Shown here: positions 8,865-17,093 of the stretch, piece after piece
Layout of the letters: every line of letters starts with the position of its first letter
Position numbering within the stretch: the stretch's first letter is position 1
Source: Candidatus Methylomirabilis sp.
Lineage (GTDB): Bacteria > Methylomirabilota > Methylomirabilia > Methylomirabilales > JACPAU01
NCBI GenBank assembly: GCA_036000645.1
Contig: DASYVA010000062.1
Coordinates: 1-47,148, forward strand
Direction of reading: 5' to 3'
Length of the DNA: 47,148 bases
Made by a program: the position numbers and the translations under genes
The notes under the pieces: generated by a model
The model's input: only the letters and a program-made list of their open reading frames with translations
Databases searched by the model: none
What the model was told of the DNA's origin: nothing

Positions 8865-9814
8865 CCATCCTCCCCTCGGTCGCCGCCACCATCGGCCAGA
8901 CACCCCTGCTGGCTCTCGATCGCCTGGCCCGTGGCCTGCCGGGCCGGGTCCTGGCCAAGCTGGAGACCGTCAACCCCGGGGGGAGCGTGAAGGACCGGAT
9001 TGCCCTGGCCATCATCGAGGCCGCGGAGCGGGACGGGCGGCTGAAGCCGGGGGGGACCGTGGTGGAGCTCACCTCCGGGAACACCGGCATCGGCCTCGCC
9101 ATCGTCTGCGCCGTGAAGGGCTACCGCATGGTGGCGGTCATGTCGGAGGGGAACACGGTGGAGCGGCGGCGGATGCTTCAGGCGGTCGGGGCGGAGGTCG
9201 TCCTGGTGCCCCAGGTCGGCCGGCCCCGCCCGGGCCAGGTCTCGGGGGCGGACCTCGCCCGGGTGGAGGAGAAGACCCGCGAGCTGGTGAAGCGGCGCAA
9301 GGCCTTCCGCCCCGACCAGTTCCTGAACCCGGACAACGCGGCCGCCCACGAGCACGGCACCGGGCGGGAGATCTGGGAGCAGACCGGGGGCCGGCTGGAC
9401 GCCTTCTGCGCTCTGGTGGGGACCGGCGGGACCTTCGTGGGGGTGGCGCGGGCGCTCAAGGCCCGCAAGCCCGCCGTCCGTTGCTACGCGGTGGAGCCGG
9501 CGAGCGCCCCGGCCCTGGCCGGCAGACGCGTCCGGAATCCCCGCCACAAGCTCCAGGGGGGCGGCTACGCCTTCGTTCCCCCCCTCTGGGACCCGGCCTG
9601 CTGCGACGGGTTCCTCACCGCCTCGGACCCGGAGGCCCTCCGGGTGGCGCGGAGGCTCGGACGGGAGGAGGGAATCTGCGCCGGCTTCTCCTCGGGGGCC
9701 AACGTGGCCGCCGCCCTCACCCTGGCCCGGCGGGCCTCCCCGGGCGCCGTCATCGTGACCGTCATCGCCGACACCGGCCTCAAGTACCTGAGCACCGACC
9801 TCTTCCCGGCCTGA
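8861..9814 (+). CDS. cysK: cysteine synthase (O-acetylserine sulfhydrylase, PLP-dependent)
   Basis: GTG 8861 overlaps the upstream stop (GTGA). Motifs: the PLP lysine in NPGGSVKDRIAL, TSGNTGIGLA, and GTGGTF. Confidence 0.9.
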   Translation: MTILPSVAATIGQTPLLALDRLARGLPGRVLAKLETVNPGGSVKDRIALAIIEAAERDGRLKPGGTVVELTSGNTGIGLAIVCAVKGYRMVAVMSEGNTVERRRMLQAVGAEVVLVPQVGRPRPGQVSGADLARVEEKTRELVKRRKAFRPDQFLNPDNAAAHEHGTGREIWEQTGGRLDAFCALVGTGGTFVGVARALKARKPAVRCYAVEPASAPALAGRRVRNPRHKLQGGGYAFVPPLWDPACCDGFLTASDPEALRVARRLGREEGICAGFSSGANVAAALTLARRASPGAVIVTVIADTGLKYLSTDLFPA

Positions 9815-9844
9815 GGCGGCCGCTGCCCTCTCTGCCCCGGGGGC

Positions 9845-10834
9845 TCACCCGGCCGTCCGGCGCTGCCCGGCCCTCCCGAGCCACGTGCGCAGGAGCGCAG
9901 GGCTGCCCGCCAGACCCCCCGGGAACGCGAAGACGACCGCCACGAGCACCAGGCCGGAGAGGAGGGCCCGGGACCCCACCCAGCGGAGCGCCAGGTCCTC
10001 CAGGGCCACATAGGCAAAGGCCCCGAGGACGGGTCCCGCGAAGTGCCGCGTCCCCCCCAGCACCGTGGCGACCACGAGCTGGGCGGAAAACAGCCAGTCC
10101 AGGTGTTCGGGCGTCACCTGCCGGCTCAATTGCCCGTGGAGACCTCCCGCCAGGCCCGCGAACATCCCCGACAGGATGAAGGCGTACCAGCGGTACCGCC
10201 GGACCGGGATGCCGATGCAGGCGGCCCTCGTCTCGTTGTCCCGGATCGCCCGCAGGGCGTTGCCAAAGGGGGAGCGGCTGATCCGCCACAGGAGAGCGGT
10301 GGAGGCGAGGAAGGCGACCGCGATCACAGCAGCGTACGCCCGGGTGAACTCCTCGGGGCCGAACGGGATCCCGAGGATGGTGAAGCGCGGGATGTACAAC
10401 CCGCCGCCTCCGAGCAGGAACAGCCCCTTCCCGACCCCGCCGAACGGCCGGAACGCCATCCCGCCGATGAAGAGCGCGTGGACGATCTGCGCAAGCGCCA
10501 GCGTCAGGATGGTGAAGTGGATGCGCGTGGCCCGGACACAGAGGGAGCCGAAGGCCGTGGCGAGGGCGAGGGCCGAGAGGACGCCGGCGACCAGGTAGAG
10601 CTCGAGCGACGCGAGGGGCGTGAAGGCGTACAGGAACCCGCCCGTGTAGGCGCCGACGCCGAAGTACGCGGCATGACCGAGAGACAGGAGGCCGGTGGTG
10701 CCGAACAGGAGGTTCAGCCCCAGGCACGCGATGGAGAGGACCAGGGCATAGCAGAGCGTGATCAGTTGGTACGGGGAGAGGAGGAGCGGCGAGATGAGGA
10801 GGGCCGCCGCTCCGACCGCGGCCAGGAACAGCAT
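9845..10834 (-). CDS. livM: branched-chain amino acid ABC transporter permease, LivM type (no partner genes in window)
   Basis: Polytopic membrane protein. LNLLFGTTGLLSLGHAAYFGVGAYT is typical of the LivM/LivH family. Length is 329 aa. Confidence 0.85.
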   Translation of the reverse strand: MLFLAAVGAAALLISPLLLSPYQLITLCYALVLSIACLGLNLLFGTTGLLSLGHAAYFGVGAYTGGFLYAFTPLASLELYLVAGVLSALALATAFGSLCVRATRIHFTILTLALAQIVHALFIGGMAFRPFGGVGKGLFLLGGGGLYIPRFTILGIPFGPEEFTRAYAAVIAVAFLASTALLWRISRSPFGNALRAIRDNETRAACIGIPVRRYRWYAFILSGMFAGLAGGLHGQLSRQVTPEHLDWLFSAQLVVATVLGGTRHFAGPVLGAFAYVALEDLALRWVGSRALLSGLVLVAVVFAFPGGLAGSPALLRTWLGRAGQRRTAG

Positions 10835-10879
10835 TCCCTCACACCCGAGACGGCCCCCGGCATGGCCGGCACGCGGCGC

Positions 10880-12634
10880 TCACCTCGCCTTCAGGCGGCG
10901 GGCCAGGGCGTCGTGCTCCTCTCGGAGGCCCGCGGGGAGCCGGTCTCCGAATCGCTCGAAGAACTCGGCCTGGCTCCGGAGGTTCGCGCGCCACGCGTCG
11001 CGATCCACCCGGAGGAGCTCCTTGAGCGCGTCGGCCGAAACGTCGAGCCCCTTGCCCCAGAGCGCCGACTGCTCGGGCACGTATCCGATGGGCGTCTCCT
11101 CCGCCCTGCCGCCCCCCCCGCAGCGCTCGATCACCCACTTCAGGACCCGGAGGTTCTCGCCGTACCCGGGCCAGAGGAACCTTCCCCGCTCGTCGCGGCG
11201 GAACCAGTTGACCCGGAAGACCTGGGGGAGGCTCGACGCCCGCTTCTCCATGGAGAGCCAATGCCCCCAGTAGTCGGCCATGTTGTAGCCACAGAAGGGG
11301 AGCATGGCCATCGGGTCCCGCCGCACGACGCCGACGGCGCCGGTGGTCGCGGCGGTCGTCTCCGAGGAGAGGGTGGCCCCCAGGAAGGTCCCGTGCTGCC
11401 AACTGAAGGCCTGGAAGACCAACGGCACGAGCGTCTGGCGCCGCGCGCCGAAGAGAATCGCACTGATCGGGACACCCTTCGGGTTCCCCCACTCGGGCGA
11501 AATGGAGGGGCACCCGCTCGCGGGCGCGGTAAACCGGCTGTTCGGGTGCGCCGCCGGCTCCCCCTTCCCCGGCGTCCACGGCCGCCCGCGCCAGTCGAGC
11601 GCGTTCGGCGGGGGGGGATCATCGTGCCCCTCCCACCACACGGTTCCGTCGGGCCTGAGGGCGACGTTGGTGTAGAGGGTGTTCCTCCGGATGGTCGCCA
11701 TCGCGTTGGCGTTGGTCTTCGAGCTGGTGCCCGGGACCACCCCGAAGAAGCCGGCCTCGGGGTTGACGGCCCACAGCCGCCCGTCAGAACCGACGCGCAG
11801 CCACGCGATGTCGTCCCCCAGGGTGTGGACGCGCCAGCCCTTCATGGAGGCCGGGGGCACCAGCATGGCGAGGTTGGTCTTGCCGCAGGCGCTGGGGAAC
11901 GCGCCGCAGAGGTAGGTGACCTCGCCGTCCGGGCTCTCGACCCCGATGATCAGCATGTGCTCGGCGAGCCACCCCTCGCGCCGGCCGATATGGCTGGCAA
12001 TCCGAAGGGCCATGCACTTCTTGGAGAGGAGCGCGTTGCCGCCGTAGCCCGACCCCACGCTCCAGATCGTGTTGTCCTCGGGGAAGTGGCAGATGAAACG
12101 CCGATCGACGCTCAGATCGGCCTTGGCGTGCACGCCGCGGGTGAAGTCGTCCGACTCGCCGAGGTGCTCGAGGGCGATCGCTCCCATCCGGGTCATCATC
12201 CGCATGTTGAGGACGACGTAGAGGCTGTCGGTGACCTGGACCCCGACCTTGCTGAAGGGGGAGCCGGGCGGCCCCAGGAGGAAGGGGATGATGTACATCG
12301 TCCGGCCCGCCATCGCGCCGGCAAGGAGCTTGGAGAGCCGGTCGTAGGCCTCGGCCGGGGCCATCCAGTTGTTGGTGGGGCCGGCGTCGTCCTTCTCCCG
12401 GGAGCAGAGGAAGGTCAGATGCTCGGTGCGGGCAACATCATTCACGGCGCTCCGGTGCAGGTAGCACTCCGGCAGCTCCCGCTGGTTCAAGGGGAGGAGA
12501 TCCCCCACGCGGACGGCGGCCTTCAGGAGGCGGTCGCGCTCGTCCTCGGACCCGTCGCACCAGACGACGTCCGCCGGGCGGCACATCTCCACCACCTCGC
12601 GAACCCAGGCGCGGACGGATGGGTTCATCGCCAT
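10880..12634 (-). CDS. pckG: phosphoenolpyruvate carboxykinase (GTP)
   Basis: Diagnostic blocks are present: GPTNNWM, GSGYGGNALLSKKC, FPSACGKTNLAML, GDDIAWL, NPEAGFFGVVPGTS, HPNSRFT, NWFRRDE.GRFLWPGYGENLRVL. SD GGAGTGAGG lies before the ATG. Confidence 0.97.
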   Translation of the reverse strand: MAMNPSVRAWVREVVEMCRPADVVWCDGSEDERDRLLKAAVRVGDLLPLNQRELPECYLHRSAVNDVARTEHLTFLCSREKDDAGPTNNWMAPAEAYDRLSKLLAGAMAGRTMYIIPFLLGPPGSPFSKVGVQVTDSLYVVLNMRMMTRMGAIALEHLGESDDFTRGVHAKADLSVDRRFICHFPEDNTIWSVGSGYGGNALLSKKCMALRIASHIGRREGWLAEHMLIIGVESPDGEVTYLCGAFPSACGKTNLAMLVPPASMKGWRVHTLGDDIAWLRVGSDGRLWAVNPEAGFFGVVPGTSSKTNANAMATIRRNTLYTNVALRPDGTVWWEGHDDPPPPNALDWRGRPWTPGKGEPAAHPNSRFTAPASGCPSISPEWGNPKGVPISAILFGARRQTLVPLVFQAFSWQHGTFLGATLSSETTAATTGAVGVVRRDPMAMLPFCGYNMADYWGHWLSMEKRASSLPQVFRVNWFRRDERGRFLWPGYGENLRVLKWVIERCGGGGRAEETPIGYVPEQSALWGKGLDVSADALKELLRVDRDAWRANLRSQAEFFERFGDRLPAGLREEHDALARRLKAR

Positions 12635-12709
12635 GCCTCACTCCGAGTCAGGGCGGCGGCCGCTCCCCGGCCGGGCGGCACCCGCGCGGGGGAGGCGGGA
12701 GGGGCCGGC

Positions 12710-13507
12710 CTAATGCATGTAGATGCCGCCGTCCACGTTCAGGGCCTGGCCGGTGATGTTGCGGGCCTCCTCGGAGGCCAGGAAGGCGACGGCGTGCCCG
12801 ACGTCCTCCGGCGTCTGCTCCCGCCGGAGCGGGACCCACTCCCGCACCCGCATCTCGAAGACCTCCCGGGGCGTTTTTCCCTTGAGGGCGGCCACGTTTC
12901 GGATCATGCCGGCCCCGATGAACTCCCACATGGGGGTCCACAGGAGCCCGGGGCAGACGGCGTTGACCGTGATGCCGTGCGCGGCCAGGTCCCGGGCGAG
13001 GACGCGGGTCAGGGTGATCACGCCGCCCTTGGAGACGCTGTAGGGCGGGCTGGTGGCGGCCCCGAGCTGCCCGGCGATGGAGGCGATGTTGACGATCCTC
13101 CCGGCCTTCCGGGTGATCATGTGGGGGGCCACGGCCTTGCAGCAGAGAAAGATGGCCTTCACGTTGACCTGGTAGACCCGATCCCAGTCGCGCTCCACGT
13201 TGTTGGTGAAGGGCAGGCCGATCGGGGCGGGGATGCCGGCGTTGTTTACCAGGATGTCTACGACTCCGAAGGTCTTGAGGGCCTGGCGGAGCATCGCCGC
13301 CACGGCCGCCCCCTTCGTCACGTCGGTCTGGACCGCCAGCGCGCGTCGGCCGACCCGGGTGATCTCCGCGGCCACGGCCTTCGCCCCCGCGAGGCTGATG
13401 TCCGGGACGATGACGTCGGCCCCCTCCCGGGCCAGGCAGAGGGCGATCGCCCGGCCGATGCCGCTCCCCCCTCCCGTGACGATCGCCGTCTTCCCCTTGA
13501 GGCGCAT
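12710..13507 (-). CDS. SDR family oxidoreductase (classical, FabG-like)
   Basis: ATG 13507. Motifs: TGGGSGIGRA, NNAG, NIASIAG, YSVSKGG. The upstream part of the 387-aa track ORF is Arg/Gly junk. Confidence 0.9.
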   Translation of the reverse strand: MRLKGKTAIVTGGGSGIGRAIALCLAREGADVIVPDISLAGAKAVAAEITRVGRRALAVQTDVTKGAAVAAMLRQALKTFGVVDILVNNAGIPAPIGLPFTNNVERDWDRVYQVNVKAIFLCCKAVAPHMITRKAGRIVNIASIAGQLGAATSPPYSVSKGGVITLTRVLARDLAAHGITVNAVCPGLLWTPMWEFIGAGMIRNVAALKGKTPREVFEMRVREWVPLRREQTPEDVGHAVAFLASEEARNITGQALNVDGGIYMH

Positions 13508-13530
13508 GCTCCCCCCGGCCCCCCCGCCGC

Positions 13531-14292
13531 TCAGGCGCCGGCCCCGAGGGTGGTGAGGCCCCCGTCCACCACGATGACCTGGCCCGTGAGCGCCACGTCG
13601 GTGGCCAGGTAGAGGGCGGCCGCCGCGACATCCTCCACGGTAGCCAGCCGCTTGAGCGGGGTCGTCTGTTGCACCTTCTCCTTCAGGTTCGGGGGCGGGT
13701 TGCTGAAGCCGGTGTCCACGTACCCGGGCGCTACGGTGTTGACGCGGATGGTCGGAGCCAGCGCCCGGGCGAGCGAGCAGGTCATGGTGGTCAGGCCGGC
13801 CTTCGCGGCGGCGTAGGCGATGGAGGAGCCGGCGCCCGTGAACGCCGCCACGGTGCCGACGTTGATGACGCACCCCCCGCCCCGCTGGCGCATGGCCGGG
13901 ACCGCCGCCCGGACGCAGAAGAACGGGCCCTTGAGGTTGACCGCGAGGGCCCGGTCCCAGATGGCCTCGGTCAGCCCTTCCAGGTCATCGTGCGGGACCC
14001 GCTGGGTCCAGCCCGCGTTGTTCACCAGGATGTCCAGGTGACCGAGTTTCTCCACGGCGGCCTGGACGAGCCGCCGCGCCTCCGCGTCCCGCGCCACGTC
14101 CGCCTGGAGGGTCACCGCGCCCCCGCCGGATGCCGCAATCTCGGCCACCACGGCTTCCGCCGCCGCCCGGGAGCGGGAGTAGTTGACGGCCACCGCCGCT
14201 CCCTCCCGCGCCAGGGCGAGCGCGATGGCTCGCCCGATCCCCGTCCCGCCCCCCGTCACCAGGGCGGCCCTTCCCCGCAGTCGCATGTCCAT
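13531..14292 (-). CDS. SDR family oxidoreductase (3-oxoacyl-ACP reductase-like)
   Basis: Motifs: TGGGTGIGRA, NNAG, YAAAKAG, PGYVDT. Confidence 0.9.
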   Translation of the reverse strand: MDMRLRGRAALVTGGGTGIGRAIALALAREGAAVAVNYSRSRAAAEAVVAEIAASGGGAVTLQADVARDAEARRLVQAAVEKLGHLDILVNNAGWTQRVPHDDLEGLTEAIWDRALAVNLKGPFFCVRAAVPAMRQRGGGCVINVGTVAAFTGAGSSIAYAAAKAGLTTMTCSLARALAPTIRVNTVAPGYVDTGFSNPPPNLKEKVQQTTPLKRLATVEDVAAAALYLATDVALTGQVIVVDGGLTTLGAGA

Positions 14293-14301
14293 TCTCTCCG
14301 G

Positions 14302-14511
14302 CTACGCCGGCGCCGGCCGCCGGTACTTCTCCTTCAGGTCGGCCGGGGCGATGGCGATCCGCTTGCCGCCGACATCGTCCAGGATGTAGACCTCGCCCTT
14401 GAGCGTCCCGCTGGCGAACACCTCGAACACCTCCAGGACCTCCTCCATGCTCGCCTCGGAGCGCGCCGCCATCATCTGCTCCACCTCGGGGATCGTCAGC
14501 CGCCGTCCCAT
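14302..14511 (-). CDS. small hypothetical protein (69 aa)
   Basis: ATG 14511 shares one nt with the stop of the preceding micro-ORF (TGATG) and has GGGGGAG as SD. The product is MGRRLTIPEVEQMMAARSEASMEEVLEVFEVFASGTLKGEVYILDDVGGKRIAIAPADLKEKYRRPAPA, with high GC3. Confidence 0.55.
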   Translation of the reverse strand: MGRRLTIPEVEQMMAARSEASMEEVLEVFEVFASGTLKGEVYILDDVGGKRIAIAPADLKEKYRRPAPA

Positions 14512-14690
14512 CACTCCCCCCAGGGGTTCCCCCGGTCCAGCTTCTCCTGCTGCTCCCGCAGCTCCTTCACGATGTGGTGAAGCTGCTCGGCCACATGCCC
14601 GGGGGAGCAGAGCTCCACGTAGGCCCCGATGAGCACCTCCAGGGCGCGCTGGATCCCCGATTCGTCCTCGGGATCGTAGGTGAGCTTCAT
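14511..14690 (-). CDS. small hypothetical protein (59 aa; below the ORF-track size cutoff)
   Basis: Hand translation of the minus strand gives ATG 14690 ... TGA 14511: MKLTYDPEDESGIQRALEVLIGAYVELCSPGHVAEQLHHIVKELREQQEKLDRGNPWGE. GGAG lies about 11 nt upstream and the ORF starts 12 nt after the S66 peptidase stop. GC3 is almost uniformly G/C. Confidence 0.5.
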   Translation of the reverse strand: MKLTYDPEDESGIQRALEVLIGAYVELCSPGHVAEQLHHIVKELREQQEKLDRGNPWGE

Positions 14691-14702
14691 GGAGTGGCTC
14701 CG

Positions 14703-15644
14703 TCAGTAGCCCAGGCTGAGGCGAGCCCGCCCGGCCCCCTCCGGACGGCAGTCCACCCAGCCGCCGAGAGGCAGGACCACATTGTCGCGGCGGTGTCCGG
14801 CGGGGATGGGACCGAAGCAGGGGACATCCGCGACGGCCGCGTACTCCTCCAGGATCTCCGCGAGCGGGCGGGAGGGCCGCCCCGGCGCCGGGCGGCAGCG
14901 GGTGAAGTCCCCGTAGAGCAGTCCGCGCAGCCCGCGAAGTTTCCCCGCGGCCCGGAGCTGCCAGAGCATCCGATCCACCCGGTACGGCTCCTCGTTGACG
15001 TCCTCCAGGAAGAGGACCCGCCCCGCCGTGCGGATCTCGTCCGGCGTCCCCAGCGAGCCGGCCACGAGGGTCAGGTTCCCCCCGGTCAGGCATCCTCGGA
15101 GCGGCGCTCGGCCGCGCCTGCCCCACCACCGCCCCAGCACGCCCAGGGTGTGGCGCCGGCCCGGGTGCAGGAGCAGGGCCCGGACGCTCTCCCGGGTCCG
15201 GCTGGACCGGAGGAGGCCGAAGTCGGGAGCCACCATGGGCCCGTGAAAGACCACAAGCCGGGCCCGCTGCAAGAGCGCCAGCAGGAGGATGGTGACGTCG
15301 CTCGACCCGACGAAGATCTTGGGATAGCGCCGGATGACGGCGAAGTCCAGATGCTCCAGGAGGCGACCCGCCCCGTACCCGCCCCGGGCACAGAAGATGC
15401 CCCGGACGTCCGGGTCGGTCACCATGGCCATGATGCCGGTGGCCCGCAGGGCGTCCGGCCCCGCCAGGTAGCCCCACCGCGCGTCGAGGTTCGGTGCCAG
15501 CCGCACGGCAAAAGGGCCGAGGCGCTCCAGCGCGCGCAGCCCGCGCCTGAGCGGCCCGCGCGCCGGGGGGCCCGAGGGAGCCACAACCCCCAGGGTGTCC
15601 CCCGGATGCAGGCAGGGGGGAACCCGGAGGCCCCGCTCAGCCAC
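14703..15644 (-). CDS. S66 family LD-carboxypeptidase (LdcA / MccF-like)
   Basis: Motifs: nucleophile GSSDVTILL, FLEDVNEEPYRVDRML, and GH...LPLG. The start is set at GTG 15644 (VAERGLRV..GDTLGVVAPSG) to give about 313 aa and avoid overlap with the upstream gene. The start is uncertain. Confidence 0.85.
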   Translation of the reverse strand: MAERGLRVPPCLHPGDTLGVVAPSGPPARGPLRRGLRALERLGPFAVRLAPNLDARWGYLAGPDALRATGIMAMVTDPDVRGIFCARGGYGAGRLLEHLDFAVIRRYPKIFVGSSDVTILLLALLQRARLVVFHGPMVAPDFGLLRSSRTRESVRALLLHPGRRHTLGVLGRWWGRRGRAPLRGCLTGGNLTLVAGSLGTPDEIRTAGRVLFLEDVNEEPYRVDRMLWQLRAAGKLRGLRGLLYGDFTRCRPAPGRPSRPLAEILEEYAAVADVPCFGPIPAGHRRDNVVLPLGGWVDCRPEGAGRARLSLGY

Positions 15645-15739
15645 GGCCCGATCTCGCGCGGCCGCCCCGGTTTTTCGTCGCCACGCCCCTCGCTGCCGGC
15701 ATCGCCAGGCCGCCACGTTACCAGCGGAGGTCAGCGGGG

Positions 15740-16543
15740 TCAAGCCCCTCCGCTCCCCGAGCGGAGGGTGAAGGTCAAGCCCCGCTCCGGGGCGCGGGTC
15801 CACGCGGCGTGAAGCGCCGCCGGATCGGGAAGCCGGGTCGCGGGGAGCAGGCGTCCGGTGACCGAGAAGCGACCCGGGGCCTCGGTGAAGGGATAAGGCC
15901 TGAGCAAGGCACCTCCCGCCTCCGGCGTGAACTCGAGATCGGTCCGCCGCAGCCCCTCACCGAGCGGGACTGCGGTGAAGGTCTGGGCCTCCGTGGCGCC
16001 GCAACAGAGCAGGAGGGAGAGCGCGTCCAGGAACTGCAGGAGGCGGAAGTTGGTCGTCAGGCGGGCCCTGGCGACCGCCTCCCGGTACCGGGAGCGCGTC
16101 GCGAGGCCCTCCCGCAGGGCCGCCTGCAGGCGCTCCTGCTCCGCGAGGAACGTCCGGACGGCGGCCCGATCCGCCTCCGGCGTGCGGGCCGCCTTCTCGA
16201 GTCGGAAGCGCATCAGGGCGGCGCCGTGCATGCTGACCAGGAGCCCCGCGTAGGGGTTCCGTTCCAGCATCCGCTGCACCCCGCGCCGCCAGATGACCAG
16301 ATGGTCCGCGACCGACATCTCGGTGAAGTGGACCGGGCAGCCGGCTGCCGGGTCGAGGCCCGGGGCCGCCTCCCACTCCGCCCAGCCGTTGTCGTGCTCG
16401 GCCACCGCCTGGAGGACCTCGGTCCTCGGCTCCGGAGGAAGAAAGGGGGTCCGTCCCCAGGCCTCGGCCATCGCGCCGGCGAGACGGGCATGCTCGGGCT
16501 GGCCGATGCAGAGCCAGTACGAATTCAGCGCGCGGCGGATCAT
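15740..16543 (-). CDS. DUF3891 family protein
   Basis: The N-terminus ...IGQPEHARLAGAMAEAW...AVAEHDNGW matches my recollection of the DUF3891 signature (Q..HA.lsg.lA..W ... HD.GW). It has an ATGA overlap with the MaoC gene. Confidence 0.65.
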   Translation of the reverse strand: MIRRALNSYWLCIGQPEHARLAGAMAEAWGRTPFLPPEPRTEVLQAVAEHDNGWAEWEAAPGLDPAAGCPVHFTEMSVADHLVIWRRGVQRMLERNPYAGLLVSMHGAALMRFRLEKAARTPEADRAAVRTFLAEQERLQAALREGLATRSRYREAVARARLTTNFRLLQFLDALSLLLCCGATEAQTFTAVPLGEGLRRTDLEFTPEAGGALLRPYPFTEAPGRFSVTGRLLPATRLPDPAALHAAWTRAPERGLTFTLRSGSGGA

Positions 16544-17007
16544 CCCGCCTCCGGCGGCGCGGGTGGCAAGGGCGCGGGCGGCGCGGGGCGGCGCGGCGGC
16601 ACCACCGTGGCCCCACCCCGCAGGACCACATCCCCCCGTTGATTCACCCCGACCACGTCCAGGGTGATCCAGTGGCGCCCCGGGTCCTTGGCGACCACGG
16701 TCCCCGTCAGCGTCACCGTATCGGCGAAGAAGACGGGGGCGACGTACTCGATGCTGAACCCGGCCCCGATGGTCCCAGGACCGGGCAGGCAGGTGCCGGC
16801 GAGCGTCGGAATCATGCTCGCGGTCAGGACCCCGTGGACGATCCGCCGGCCGAAGTGGGTCGTCCGGCAGTAGGCCTCGTCCAGGTGGAGGGGATTGGCG
16901 TCCCCGATCAGGCGGGCGCAGCGGGCCGTCTCCTGTTCCGTCCAGGTCCGGACGAGGGTGGCGCGGTCTCCCAGGCGGATCTCGTCAAACGTGCGCGATG
17001 GCTCCAC
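16540..17007 (-). CDS. MaoC-like (R)-specific enoyl-CoA hydratase / hot-dog dehydratase
   Basis: GDANPLHLDEAYC..THFGRRIVHGVL is the hydratase 2 motif. The C-terminal tail is Pro-rich. Confidence 0.85.
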   Translation of the reverse strand: MEPSRTFDEIRLGDRATLVRTWTEQETARCARLIGDANPLHLDEAYCRTTHFGRRIVHGVLTASMIPTLAGTCLPGPGTIGAGFSIEYVAPVFFADTVTLTGTVVAKDPGRHWITLDVVGVNQRGDVVLRGGATVVPPRRPAPPAPLPPAPPEAG

Positions 17008-17041
17008 GGCCCCCTCCTCGCGCGCGCAGGGCGCGCCCGGG

Positions 17042-17070
17042 TTGAACCTACCGGACCAAGCGCGTAGAAT
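17042..17070 (+). promoter_or_regulatory. promoter of the Memo-family gene
   Basis: TTGAAC (17042-17047), 17 nt spacer, TAGAAT (17065-17070), 23 nt upstream of ATG 17094, in an 86-nt divergent intergenic region. Confidence 0.55.
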
Positions 17071-17093
17071 GCAACCGGTCCACCGGAGTGCCC

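Noticed and set aside
10043-13612. A very long ORF (1189 aa) on the plus strand. Similar giants are at 291-2264(-), 2402-3580(-), 28875-31586(+), 32803-35022(+), 37674-40211(+) and 40364-41956(-).
   Set aside because: These ORFs run antisense or out of frame to genes with clear family motifs. Their products are Arg/Gly/Pro/Ala-rich low-complexity strings without recognisable domains. Stop-free alternative frames are expected at ~70% G+C.
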